From Thermoplasmata archaeon (lineage in GTDB: Archaea > Thermoplasmatota > Poseidoniia > Poseidoniales > Thalassarchaeaceae), in the NCBI GenBank assembly GCA_002727675.1, contig PBXQ01000054.1:1-56042 (forward strand): DNA of 56,042 nt, given 5' to 3'. Both the position numbers and the translations under genes were made by a program. Below are positions 1 to 10,323 of the stretch, one piece after another (positions within the stretch are counted from its first letter, which is position 1; each line of letters begins with the position of its first letter). The notes below the pieces were generated by a model that was not told where the DNA came from, made no database searches, and was given only the letters and a program-made list of their open reading frames with translations.

Positions 1-1
1 C

Positions 2-1618
2 CCGATTATAGGGGGTGATTCCTGGCGAGATAGATACGGATGTATCGACAATGACGGCGATGGTCAATCTGATCTCAATGATGCCTTTCTTAATCAATCA
101 ACTCAATGGAGTGATACTGATGGTGATGGTTTTGGGGATAATTGGGATAATGTTTCCTGGAACAATACTCGTGCATCTTATTGGCCTGGGATTTGGATTT
201 TAGGTGCCTTTTTACCAGACCCCTCTCCAATGGATTCGGATAACGATGGTTTTGAGGATGGTGGAATTTCTAACAGTTCTCAACCTTGGGATGATTGTGA
301 AGATTTAGTTGGTTATTCATGGCGAAATCTAGTTGGTTGTCCAGACGAAGATGGTGATGGTTGGGCTGATATTGAGGATGGGGTGCCTAATAACCCCACT
401 CAAACGGAAGATTCAGATGGTGATGGTTATGGCGATTCCATTAATGGTACGGAAGTAGATGATTGTCCGAATCGTGCTGGAAATAGCACCATTGATCAAT
501 TAGGTTGTCCAGATAATGATGGCGATGGGATCTCAAATGATGCTGACGATTGTCCGACTGTTTTTGGATATCCGCCCAATGGTTGTCCTGATCGGGATGG
601 TGATGGTTATGTGGATGAGACTGGGGAGAGTGATGCCTTAGTAGATGGCTGCCCAGATGATTTTGGCACCTCATTTGAAGACAAGTATGGTTGCCCTGAT
701 GGCGATGGTGATGGTTATTCAGATGAGGGTGATCAATTCTCTAATGATAGCACTCAATGGAGTGATAGTGATGGTGATGGATATGGTGACAATCCAAATG
801 GTACAAATGCTGATGATTGTCCATATCGTGAAGGTAATTCGTCAATAGAAATTCTTGGTTGTGATGATGCTGATGGCGATGGTTATTCTGATATTATTGA
901 TTTATTCTCTGAAAACGGCTTGCTTTGGTCAGACAGTGATGGTGATGGATTTGCTGACCAGTTAGGTACTAACCAGTCAGATGATTGTATAAACAAAGTT
1001 GGTAATTCTAGTAATTACTTGCTAGGTTGTCCCGATTTAGATGGTGATGGAATCCCAGATTCATTGGATGATGACATAGATGGTGATGGATATACGAACA
1101 TAGAAGAAAATAATGCAGCAAATGCTACAGATCCATTTGATCCCAATAGTTTCCCAGTTAATTCTAACACAGATTCACAGAATGGGGCTGAGGATGGAAA
1201 TCCATCTAGTGGTTCATCTTTAGGGGGATTCAACAATTCATTACTAATTGCTGTATTGTTGTTGCTTCTTGTGATTGTCGGTAGAATAGGTTTCAACATT
1301 AATGCCAATGTCAAATCCCGTAAGTTGTTTGAGGAGATGCAAACAACTTTTTCTAAAATTAATGATTTTGAAGGTCTTTCATCATTTGAAGAAGAGTTAG
1401 ATCAGGCATTGAAGACAAATTCAATCATGGCATCTCAAGGGGTATATCTTCGTAATAGAATTGAGAAGAAGAGAACAAAGTTCATGGAGGAGTTACAAGT
1501 TTCTCAATATGCTGAATGGTGGGCTCAAATGGGATATCAGCAACAACAATCAGGTTGGTATCCAGCAGATGGTCAATCACAATGGCCTGCTGGAAATTAT
1601 GACCAAGGTCAACAATGA
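2..1618 (+). CDS. Thrombospondin type-3 (Ca-binding DxDxDG) repeat surface protein with C-terminal TM anchor; 5'-partial
   Basis: Frame is open from base 2 (PIIGGDSWRDRYGCIDNDGDG...) into the 230..1618 ORF; many GCPDxDGDG / QWSDSDGDGYGD repeats; hydrophobic segment LLIAVLLLLLVIVG; Q/W/G-rich tail. Confidence 0.85.
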   Translation, partial: PIIGGDSWRDRYGCIDNDGDGQSDLNDAFLNQSTQWSDTDGDGFGDNWDNVSWNNTRASYWPGIWILGAFLPDPSPMDSDNDGFEDGGISNSSQPWDDCEDLVGYSWRNLVGCPDEDGDGWADIEDGVPNNPTQTEDSDGDGYGDSINGTEVDDCPNRAGNSTIDQLGCPDNDGDGISNDADDCPTVFGYPPNGCPDRDGDGYVDETGESDALVDGCPDDFGTSFEDKYGCPDGDGDGYSDEGDQFSNDSTQWSDSDGDGYGDNPNGTNADDCPYREGNSSIEILGCDDADGDGYSDIIDLFSENGLLWSDSDGDGFADQLGTNQSDDCINKVGNSSNYLLGCPDLDGDGIPDSLDDDIDGDGYTNIEENNAANATDPFDPNSFPVNSNTDSQNGAEDGNPSSGSSLGGFNNSLLIAVLLLLLVIVGRIGFNINANVKSRKLFEEMQTTFSKINDFEGLSSFEEELDQALKTNSIMASQGVYLRNRIEKKRTKFMEELQVSQYAEWWAQMGYQQQQSGWYPADGQSQWPAGNYDQGQQ

Positions 1619-1688
1619 ACAATAATTGCCAAAAATTCCCCTCAAGTTGAAAGAGGGGTCGCATTCAGCGTTGTTTAGAGGGAATGGT

Positions 1689-3011
1689 ATGTCTGGCAAA
1701 GTAATCAACGATACAATCCATGGAATGTTTAGAATTAAGGGAGTTAGAGAGGAACTTCTCACTACTCCAGAGTTCAATAAATTAAGTCATATCAAACAAC
1801 TTGGTTTAGCTCACTTAGTTTTCCCTGGTGCACATCATACTAGATTTGAACACTCTCTTGGAGTCTCTCATATTGGGGGTTTGATGGCTGATTCTGTAGG
1901 TCTTGATGAGCATGAGAAAGATATTGTGCAAGTAGCTGGGATGTTACACGATGTAGGGCATGGGCCATATTCTCACACGCTTGAGCACATACTTCACGAG
2001 CGTGGGGGGGCTGATCATATGCATATTACTGAAGGAATCATTACAGGTGATTATGATATTCTTAAGGATGATGAACATTCATTATTTGAAAATAGGATGA
2101 AAATACCTGAAATTCTAGAAAATTATGATATTGACCCTGAACAAGTTGCTGGATTAATACATGGCGCTGATGCAGCAGGTTCAGAAAGAAATTTGTTTAG
2201 TTGGTCTGAGGGTGGTAGTAATTTTGAGTCTGAAGATCATACATTAGCTCATTTAATTCATGGCCCTGTAGATTGTGATCAATTAGATTATTTGTTGCGA
2301 GATGCACACTTTACTGGTGTGGCACATGGTGTGGTAGACCACCTTAGGTTGGTCGAGTGTTTGGAAAGGCACAGTGGTGATGTTGCTGTTCAAGAAGGTG
2401 GCGTACCTGCTCTGGAGGGGATGTTAATGGCTCGTGGTCTAATGTATTCTGCAGTATATTTCCATAAAGTTACAAGAGTTACAGAAATGATGCTTTCTAG
2501 AGCTGTTGAAAGAAGTGCCGATAATCTTCCAGATGCCGTTGATATGCAAAGGATGGTAGATGCTGAAATTTGGCAGGCTTTGTCAGAGGCTGGGGGGATT
2601 GCTAAGGAGATGTTGCGCCGCTTAAAATATCGTCAATTGTTGAAGGTTTGTGTCACTCGCAGGGCTGATGAATTCAGTGAAGATCAGATTAAGAGATTGG
2701 TACAACTTGCCGAAAATGGGGATTTAAGGAGAGAAATTGAAGATGAAATTTGTAGGAGAGCGAAGGTTCCTGAAGGATTTGTTGCAATCGATGTCCCTAG
2801 TGTAAAATTATTACTTTCAGAGCCAAGAATGGCCCAAGTTGACGTGCGGATAATTGGACATGACGGCAAGACTCGTTGGTTCCAAGAACATACACCTATA
2901 GCAGATGCACTGCGCAGGAGGCAAGTTTCTCAGGCTGCTATGTTCATCATGACATTACCAAATTCTACTGAAGATGTTGCTCAAGTAGCAGAGCGTATTA
3001 TATTTCAATAA
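1689..3011 (+). CDS. HD-domain phosphohydrolase (SAMHD1/dNTP triphosphohydrolase-like)
   Basis: Motifs IKQLGL..FPGAHHTRFEHSLG, LHDVGHGPYSH, DCDQLDYLLRD; ATG at 1689 preferred to TTG 1626. Confidence 0.9.
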   Translation: MSGKVINDTIHGMFRIKGVREELLTTPEFNKLSHIKQLGLAHLVFPGAHHTRFEHSLGVSHIGGLMADSVGLDEHEKDIVQVAGMLHDVGHGPYSHTLEHILHERGGADHMHITEGIITGDYDILKDDEHSLFENRMKIPEILENYDIDPEQVAGLIHGADAAGSERNLFSWSEGGSNFESEDHTLAHLIHGPVDCDQLDYLLRDAHFTGVAHGVVDHLRLVECLERHSGDVAVQEGGVPALEGMLMARGLMYSAVYFHKVTRVTEMMLSRAVERSADNLPDAVDMQRMVDAEIWQALSEAGGIAKEMLRRLKYRQLLKVCVTRRADEFSEDQIKRLVQLAENGDLRREIEDEICRRAKVPEGFVAIDVPSVKLLLSEPRMAQVDVRIIGHDGKTRWFQEHTPIADALRRRQVSQAAMFIMTLPNSTEDVAQVAERIIFQ

Positions 3012-3030
3012 TTGACTCACGTGGGATTTT

Positions 3031-3459
3031 ATGGCTGAGGACTCTGATGTAGTAGATTCCGAGAATTCATTCATACGCTCTCCGGCTGCAATTATGGCAG
3101 CAATATCTGGCGGCACTCTTTCTGTTTCTGCAATTTTAAACCCTAGTAAGGTTACAGGTTTGAGTCTATGTCCTATCTTCCACATGACTGGTGTAGAATG
3201 TCCTTTTTGTGGGATGACTCGTTCCTTTGTTTCAATCACTCATGCTCGTTTTTCTGAAGCTTTGGATTACAATATTGGATCCCCGTTAATCTATGTGGCT
3301 TTTGTCTGGATGCTATTTGTATCAGTTAGAGATTTGAAATTAGGCCAGCATAAAGAGATCCCATCAACCCCCAAATGGCTGTACAAATCGTGGCTTATGG
3401 TTACAATAACAGTATTTGCTTGGCTCTTTTGGAGCCGTTGGTTAAGCAATCTAATCTGA
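3031..3459 (+). CDS. DUF2752-family membrane protein
   Basis: CPIFHMTGVECPFCGMTRS motif typical of DUF2752, plus 3 hydrophobic segments. Confidence 0.8.
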   Translation: MAEDSDVVDSENSFIRSPAAIMAAISGGTLSVSAILNPSKVTGLSLCPIFHMTGVECPFCGMTRSFVSITHARFSEALDYNIGSPLIYVAFVWMLFVSVRDLKLGQHKEIPSTPKWLYKSWLMVTITVFAWLFWSRWLSNLI

Positions 3460-3852
3460 TTACCTTTTTAGAGGCATTCCATTTGCATCTGGTAGATTTC
3501 CCATGACTATCAATATCAAATCAATTAATTGCCAAATCCCACATCCGCCAAGAGTTATTAATTTGAGAATGCCAAGTCCCGTGTATCCAAGGTAAAATCT
3601 GTCAATTCCTAAATAACCCACAAAAATAGCCAGTAGCAGAGCTATTAACCATTCTTTTTCTTCTCCGCCTACTTGTGTTGCGCCCATCGGCACACCAGCC
3701 ATTGCTGGTGCTGGTGCTGGTGCTGGTGCAGGTGCAGGTGCACTAGCAGCGGGAACAAATCCTGGGAAATGTTGTTGCGTGTATTGCAAAGCGCTTTCAG
3801 GCGCGTGTCCTTGTCCAATTAATCCATCATAGTATTCTTGTGCTCCACTCAT
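3460..3852 (-). CDS. TM2-domain membrane protein with Pro/Ala linker
   Basis: [37 protein letters not shown] is the TM2 signature; GGAGG upstream of ATG 3852. Confidence 0.88.
   Translation of the reverse strand: MSGAQEYYDGLIGQGHAPESALQYTQQHFPGFVPAASAPAPAPAPAPAPAMAGVPMGATQVGGEEKEWLIALLLAIFVGYLGIDRFYLGYTGLGILKLITLGGCGIWQLIDLILIVMGNLPDANGMPLKR
3704..3742. repeat. Hexamer tandem repeat (GCTGGT)4(GCAGGT)2 encoding the (PA)n linker
   Basis: Directly visible in the sequence. Confidence 0.9.
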
Positions 3853-4011
3853 ATTATCACTAAACCTCCGAATAAGGTTTAGCATATAATTTGACCGACT
3901 AGATATAATACTCAAACTAAAAACCTCTCATTAGCAAAGATTGGTTGGGTAATAGTGAAAAGTAGAACTTAGGTCGGCGGTCAAGAACAGAGTTTTTCTC
4001 TGACCTTTTAG

Positions 4012-5382
<1,371 letters not shown>

Positions 5383-5388
5383 TTTTCT

Positions 5389-5652
5389 TCAAACAGCCGT
5401 TGGTGCTACGTGGTCATCATCTTTATCAGAGTCATCATTGACTCTATTCCAAACACCAGTCATTAATTCGTGGTGGTGATTTTTGCAATAGTGGAATCTT
5501 CGGTATGCTTCTCTAAATGAATATGCTTTCTTACCAGTAGCTACCAAATATCCTTCTGGCGAAAGGCGGCTAATAATTTCTCCATTCTCCTCACATCCGG
5601 GGTAGTCACATTTTGGGTTTGTGGAATCTTTTTGTTTGTTATTATTAGTCAT
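5389..5652 (-). CDS. Small putative zinc-binding protein
   Basis: CDYPGC...HYCKNH; AGGGGG RBS upstream; last gene of the carboxylase run. Confidence 0.6.
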   Translation of the reverse strand: MTNNNKQKDSTNPKCDYPGCEENGEIISRLSPEGYLVATGKKAYSFREAYRRFHYCKNHHHELMTGVWNRVNDDSDKDDDHVAPTAV

Positions 5653-5685
5653 ATGTTTCCCCCTTTAAATTAATTATTTTGATAG

Positions 5686-6099
5686 TTAATTGTCTTGTTC
5701 CTCATCATCTGTATTTGGTTCAATTACTACTAGAGGAAAATTTGATTCAATATTAACTCCAGCTTGACAATTAACTTCTGTTACTACACCTGTAATCGGG
5801 GCAGCGACTTCATTTTGCATTTTCATTGCCTCAAGAATTAGAATAACTTCTCCTTCTTTAACTTCTTGACCTACTTCAACTTCTACAGTAATGATCTTAC
5901 CAGGTATAGAACTTGAAACAACACCTGATTTTGCTCTTTTCTTGCCCGTTCGCTTTCGTTTTGAAGTTGTAGCAGTTTCCCCTTCTACTTCAATGTGAAA
6001 GGTTTCCCCTTCAACCGTAGCTTTCCATGAATCTCCAACAGGTTCTAATTCAACCTCGAAAGTTTCCCCATTAATGGTAACCTTTCTTTTTTCAGTCAA
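5686..6099 (-). CDS. Biotin carboxyl carrier protein
   Basis: ILEAMKMQNEV biotinylation motif with lipoyl/biotin-domain pattern. Confidence 0.93.
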   Translation of the reverse strand: MTEKRKVTINGETFEVELEPVGDSWKATVEGETFHIEVEGETATTSKRKRTGKKRAKSGVVSSSIPGKIITVEVEVGQEVKEGEVILILEAMKMQNEVAAPITGVVTEVNCQAGVNIESNFPLVVIEPNTDDEEQDN

Positions 6100-6103
6100 A
6101 ATA

Positions 6104-6445
6104 TCACCTCCAAGTAGACCTCTTTGATCTGGAAAATGAATATCCTGGCAACCCTAATGCCATAAGTCGGTGGTCTTGAGCCCAAGGGCTTCCCATTTGC
6201 CTTCCAATTGTTGACTGAGTTTCAGTGCTGTGGTTTTGAATTGAAAGTACTGCCATGATGGCTGCAACCTTTCTTATCTTTGAGCGGTTATCAGAATGAT
6301 TAGGAGATTCATCAATTTCTTCTATTGGCACATTTTCTTTGATTAAGTGTGAATCAAATTCAATAATTTCAGAGATGTCACCTCTAGTATTATGTAATAT
6401 ATTACTTAATGAATTATTGTAAGTTTCATCATTCATATAATTCAC
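6104..6445 (-). CDS. Small accessory subunit of acyl-CoA carboxylase (epsilon/delta-like)
   Basis: KVAAIMAVL...SPW..R pattern resembles PccE/OadG-type tails; lies between the carboxyltransferase and BCCP genes. Confidence 0.5.
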   Translation of the reverse strand: MNYMNDETYNNSLSNILHNTRGDISEIIEFDSHLIKENVPIEEIDESPNHSDNRSKIRKVAAIMAVLSIQNHSTETQSTIGRQMGSPWAQDHRLMALGLPGYSFSRSKRSTWR

Positions 6446-7999
6446 CTACAATGGTATATTGCCATGCTTTCTTGCAGGACGATCTTCTTGTTTATCAAGT
6501 AACATTCCCAATGCCTTGCAAAGTTTTTCACGCGTGTTTTTTGGTTCTATAACATCATCCAAGTAACCTAGGGATGCTGCTTTGTAAGGATTGGCAAATA
6601 AATCTCCATATTCTTCAACGAGTCGTTCTCTTTCTTGTTCTGGGTTTCTTGACGAATTAATCCTTTTACGATGAATAATTTGTACAGCACCATCTGCACC
6701 CATTACTGCTAGTTGTGCGGTTGGCCAAGCTATATTGTAATCGCCTCTAATATGTTTAGAGCACATTACATCATAAGCACCCCCATACGCTTTTCTCATT
6801 ATAACGGTCATTTTTGGCACAGTGGATTCAGAATATGCATAGAGTAGTTTGGCGCCATGGCGAATAATCCCACCCCATTCTTGATTTGCTCCAGGTAAGA
6901 ATCCAGGTACATCAACAAATGTCAACAATGGAATATTGAAAGCATCACAAAAACGAATGAATCTGGCAGCCTTTACAGATGCATCAATATCTAGGCACCC
7001 CGCCAATACTTTAGGTTGGTTTCCGATTATTCCAACAGTATTTCCATCTAGGCGAGCTTAACCAATTACGATATTTTTTGCATAATCACCTTGAACTTCG
7101 AGAAAAGCTCCATCATCAACAATTTCTGAAATCACGTCCAATACGTCATAGGGCTTTTGTGAATCTTCAGGTACCAATTCTTGTAGTTTCTCACATAATC
7201 TATTTGCTGGGTCTTTTGTAGGTTTTAGTGGTGTTTTTTCGAGATTATTTTGTGGTAGATGGGAAACTAATTCTCTTGCAATTTCAAGCGCATCTTCATC
7301 ATCATTTGCCGTGAAATGAGTAACTCCTGACATTGATGCATGTGTTGAGGCACCACCTAATTCTTCAAATGATACTTCTTCATTTGTGACGGTTTTGATA
7401 ACTTCAGGTCCAGTGATAAACATGTGTGCTGTTTTATTCACCATGATGACAAAATCTGTAATTGCGGGGCTGTAAACCGCCCCTCCAGCACAAGGTCCCA
7501 TAATGATACTAATTTGTGGAATAATTCCACTCGCTCTCACATTTCGGAAGAAAATTTCAGCATAAGAGCCTAAACTTGCGACCCCTTCCTGAATTCTAGC
7601 TCCTCCGCTGTCATTGAGCCCAATGACGGGTGCTCCAGTTTTCATCGCCATATCAAGGACTTTGCAAATTTTTAGACCATGCATTTCTCCAAGGCTCCCC
7701 CCATATACAGTGAAATCTTGTGCGAAGCAGTAAATTGGCCGACCTTCAATTGTTCCATGTCCAGTAATTACGCCGTCCCCTGGGATGACATTTTGATCCA
7801 TTCCAAAATCACGGCATCTGTGCTCAACTAAGGAATCAATCTCTTGAAATGAGCCCTCATCTAACAGTAATTCTAGTCTTTCACGTGCAGTCATCTTACC
7901 TTTAGCGTGTTGAGCATCTACTCTTTGGCCACCTCCGCCAGCTTCTGCAACAGCCTTCCTACGCCGCAAATCGCCTAGTCTTTCCTCGGTCGTTTTCAT
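6446..7999 (-). pseudogene. pccB: Propionyl-CoA carboxylase beta / methylmalonyl-CoA carboxyltransferase, interrupted by one in-frame TAA (7058-7060)
   Basis: [67 protein letters not shown]; the two ORFs share a frame and read [19 protein letters not shown] across the stop. Confidence 0.85.
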
Positions 8000-8124
8000 T
8001 CCGCTCAACTCGCAGGTGACAACACTCGCCAATAGACTATGCGGCTCATAGTAATCAATTATTTCTGAAATGTGAGGGTCGCTCAATTGAAAGGGGAGGG
8101 GCATTTCGACTACTACGGGGTCCT

Positions 8125-8562
8125 ATGCGCATCGTCATTGCAAAACCAGGTCTTGATGGCCATGATAGGGGTGCTAAGGTTGTTGCTCGTGCATTACGGG
8201 ACGGTGGTCATGAAGTAATTTATACTGGTTTAAGAAGAACTCCAGAACAAATAGTACGTACCGTTTTAGATGAAGATGCAGATATGCTTGGACTTTCTAG
8301 TTTATCTGGTGCTCATGCATTTTTGTTTCCTCGGATTTGTGAGTTGTTAAAACAGGAGGGTTGTGGTGATGTCACAGTATTTGGGGGAGGTATAATACCT
8401 GTTGATGATCGCTCAGAGTTATACAGGGCTGGAATTAGGGCTATTTTTGGACCAGGTACAAAAATGCAGGAAATGATTGATTTCGTTAATGAAGTAAAAA
8501 ATAGAATAGATGTCGGAAAACCAGTTGGTGTTGGAGAGGGTGGCGATTGGTTTTGGTCTTAG
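8125..8562 (+). CDS. Methylmalonyl-CoA mutase cobalamin-binding (small) subunit
   Basis: AKPGLDGHDRGAKVVARALRD (DxHxxG), SSLSGAH, GGIIP, FGPGT. Confidence 0.93.
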   Translation: MRIVIAKPGLDGHDRGAKVVARALRDGGHEVIYTGLRRTPEQIVRTVLDEDADMLGLSSLSGAHAFLFPRICELLKQEGCGDVTVFGGGIIPVDDRSELYRAGIRAIFGPGTKMQEMIDFVNEVKNRIDVGKPVGVGEGGDWFWS

Positions 8563-9455
8563 GACGTGAGCAGTTGTCAATTGAGTTTGTTAATCAAGCA
8601 CTTTCTGGAAATCGTAGGTCTTTGGCCAAATTGTTATCAAGTATTGAGAACGGTGAATTAGATAGTAATTCTATTGGATTAGATGGACATGATGATGATG
8701 GAACCATAATAGGAATTACAGGCGCTCCAGGTGTAGGGAAAAGTAGTTTGATTGAGAAGTTGATTTCTCATTGGTCTACCCAAGGTTTGAAAATTGCTGT
8801 AATAGCAGTTGATCCATCTTCACCTCTTTCTGGTGGTGCCTTATTGGGTGATCGTATTAGGATGGATTCTGCAGATAGTAATTCAAATGTTTTTGTTAGA
8901 TCATTTGCAACCAGAAATCAACCAGGGGGTCTACCAAAATCGGTGGGGTTAGCAGCCAATCTGATGAGGAAATGCGGATATGATTTGGTTTTAATCGAAA
9001 CAGTGGGTGCAGGTCAATCAGAAATTAGAATAGTTTCATTTGCTGATAGAGTTGTGCTTATTGAATCCCCAAATAGTGGGGATCAAATACAAGCAGAAAA
9101 GGCGGGTATAATGGAAATTGCTGATTTGATTGTTGTAAATAAATCAGATTTACCAAATGCAGAACGTTCTGCTATGCAAATCACTTCTGCTCTTCAGATA
9201 TCAGGTTCTCCTACTTGCGTATTATTGGCATCAGCAAAAACAGGCGAGGGGGTTGAAGAACTTGCTTCACAATTACTTTCTATTCCTATAAAGATGGGTG
9301 CAGAGGTTGCAAGGGCTCGTGAAAGGCTATTGGCGGCATGGGCTTCATCCCTACTTTCAAGAGAAGATATATCTAAGATAATAAATGACATTTCCTCTGG
9401 TGAAGTAGATGCAGAAAAATGGGTTTTGAATAATTTGAGGTGGTATGATGAATGA
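8547..9455 (+). CDS. meaB: MeaB/ArgK GTPase chaperone of methylmalonyl-CoA mutase
   Basis: GITGAPGVGKSS, AVDPSSPLSGGALLGDRIRM, IETVGAGQSE, GDQIQAEKAGIME, VNKSD; exact start uncertain. Confidence 0.92.
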   Translation: MVLVLGREQLSIEFVNQALSGNRRSLAKLLSSIENGELDSNSIGLDGHDDDGTIIGITGAPGVGKSSLIEKLISHWSTQGLKIAVIAVDPSSPLSGGALLGDRIRMDSADSNSNVFVRSFATRNQPGGLPKSVGLAANLMRKCGYDLVLIETVGAGQSEIRIVSFADRVVLIESPNSGDQIQAEKAGIMEIADLIVVNKSDLPNAERSAMQITSALQISGSPTCVLLASAKTGEGVEELASQLLSIPIKMGAEVARARERLLAAWASSLLSREDISKIINDISSGEVDAEKWVLNNLRWYDE

Positions 9456-10095
9456 TTCTTTGATACTGGCAGATGAATATGAAGCTGATCATGTTAAACA
9501 TAGTGTGGGTGGCTTAAGAGGCCATTTGTTAAGAAGAGCAATTCACCTTAGTATGGCATTTTTACCTTGGTTATATTATTGGCATGGCGCACTAATTTCT
9601 GATATTATTGGGATATCTATTCATAATTTTGTTACGATTGTTGTTTGTCTCATAATTTTAGCTGAATTAATTAGGTTGAAAATTGGTTTTACTATTATTG
9701 GTCAGCGAGACTATGAAGCAAAACAATTGAGTGCTTTATTTTGGGGTGCAATTTCAGTAGGTTTTGCGCTAATATATTCTCCACAAATTGGATTAATGGG
9801 TGCAGGCATTGGCTTGCCATTAATTTATGGATTATCTTTTGGAGATCCCGTTATGGGGGAAACTAGAAGGGCTGAAAAAAGCAGCAATTTTGTATTATTT
9901 TCTGGTTTATTAACGGTGTATTTAGTGTGGTTTTTATCTTGGCATTTAATCTCGACTCCATTGATTTATGCATTAATAATCCCTCCAATCCAGGTCGCCT
10001 CTGAATACCCAAGATTAAGGTGGATTGATGATAATGGTTTGATGGTATTAGTTCCATTAATTGTTATATTATGTTTTAACTCGTTGGGATTATAG
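9445..10095 (+). CDS. Polyprenol/phytol/dolichol kinase-like (CTP-dependent) membrane protein
   Basis: RRAIH, GDP, IDDN motifs in a multi-TM protein. Confidence 0.6.
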   Translation: MMNDSLILADEYEADHVKHSVGGLRGHLLRRAIHLSMAFLPWLYYWHGALISDIIGISIHNFVTIVVCLIILAELIRLKIGFTIIGQRDYEAKQLSALFWGAISVGFALIYSPQIGLMGAGIGLPLIYGLSFGDPVMGETRRAEKSSNFVLFSGLLTVYLVWFLSWHLISTPLIYALIIPPIQVASEYPRLRWIDDNGLMVLVPLIVILCFNSLGL

Positions 10096-10167
10096 AGTTG
10101 TATTATTGATAAGGCTATAATTGATTAGGGGTTATTGTTAAAATCCGGTTACTTGTCGTGGGTATTG

Positions 10168-10275
10168 ATGCCAGACCAAGTATTGCAAGATGATGCTCCT
10201 CCTCAAAGTCTCTATTTGTTGACATATTCAGTAGCACTGATAGTTACTTTTGTAATCTGTGTAGTTTATTGGTGA
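10168..10275 (+). CDS. Putative 35-aa single-pass membrane microprotein (not in ORF track)
   Basis: ATG10168..TGA10275 encodes MPDQVLQDDAPPQSLYLLTYSVALIVTFVICVVYW; fills the intergenic gap on the same strand as its neighbours. Confidence 0.55.
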   Translation: MPDQVLQDDAPPQSLYLLTYSVALIVTFVICVVYW

Positions 10276-10323
10276 AAATTTAATCCACGCATTCAAATCA
10301 TGTGATTATTCCCGTGGTATTGC

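Noticed and set aside
15-203. 62-aa hydrophobic-looking ORF (also 645..848)
   Set aside because: Off-frame shadow of the Asp/Gly-rich thrombospondin repeats; the real frame is open from base 2
230-1150. Repetitive GATGGTGATGG DNA as a CRISPR array or DNA repeat element
   Set aside because: Explained by codons of DGDG Ca-binding repeats; no constant repeat-spacer period and no cas genes
7058-7060. Programmed readthrough (Sec/Pyl) of the pccB stop
   Set aside because: The codon is TAA, not TGA/TAG, and the position is normally a hydrophobic non-catalytic residue
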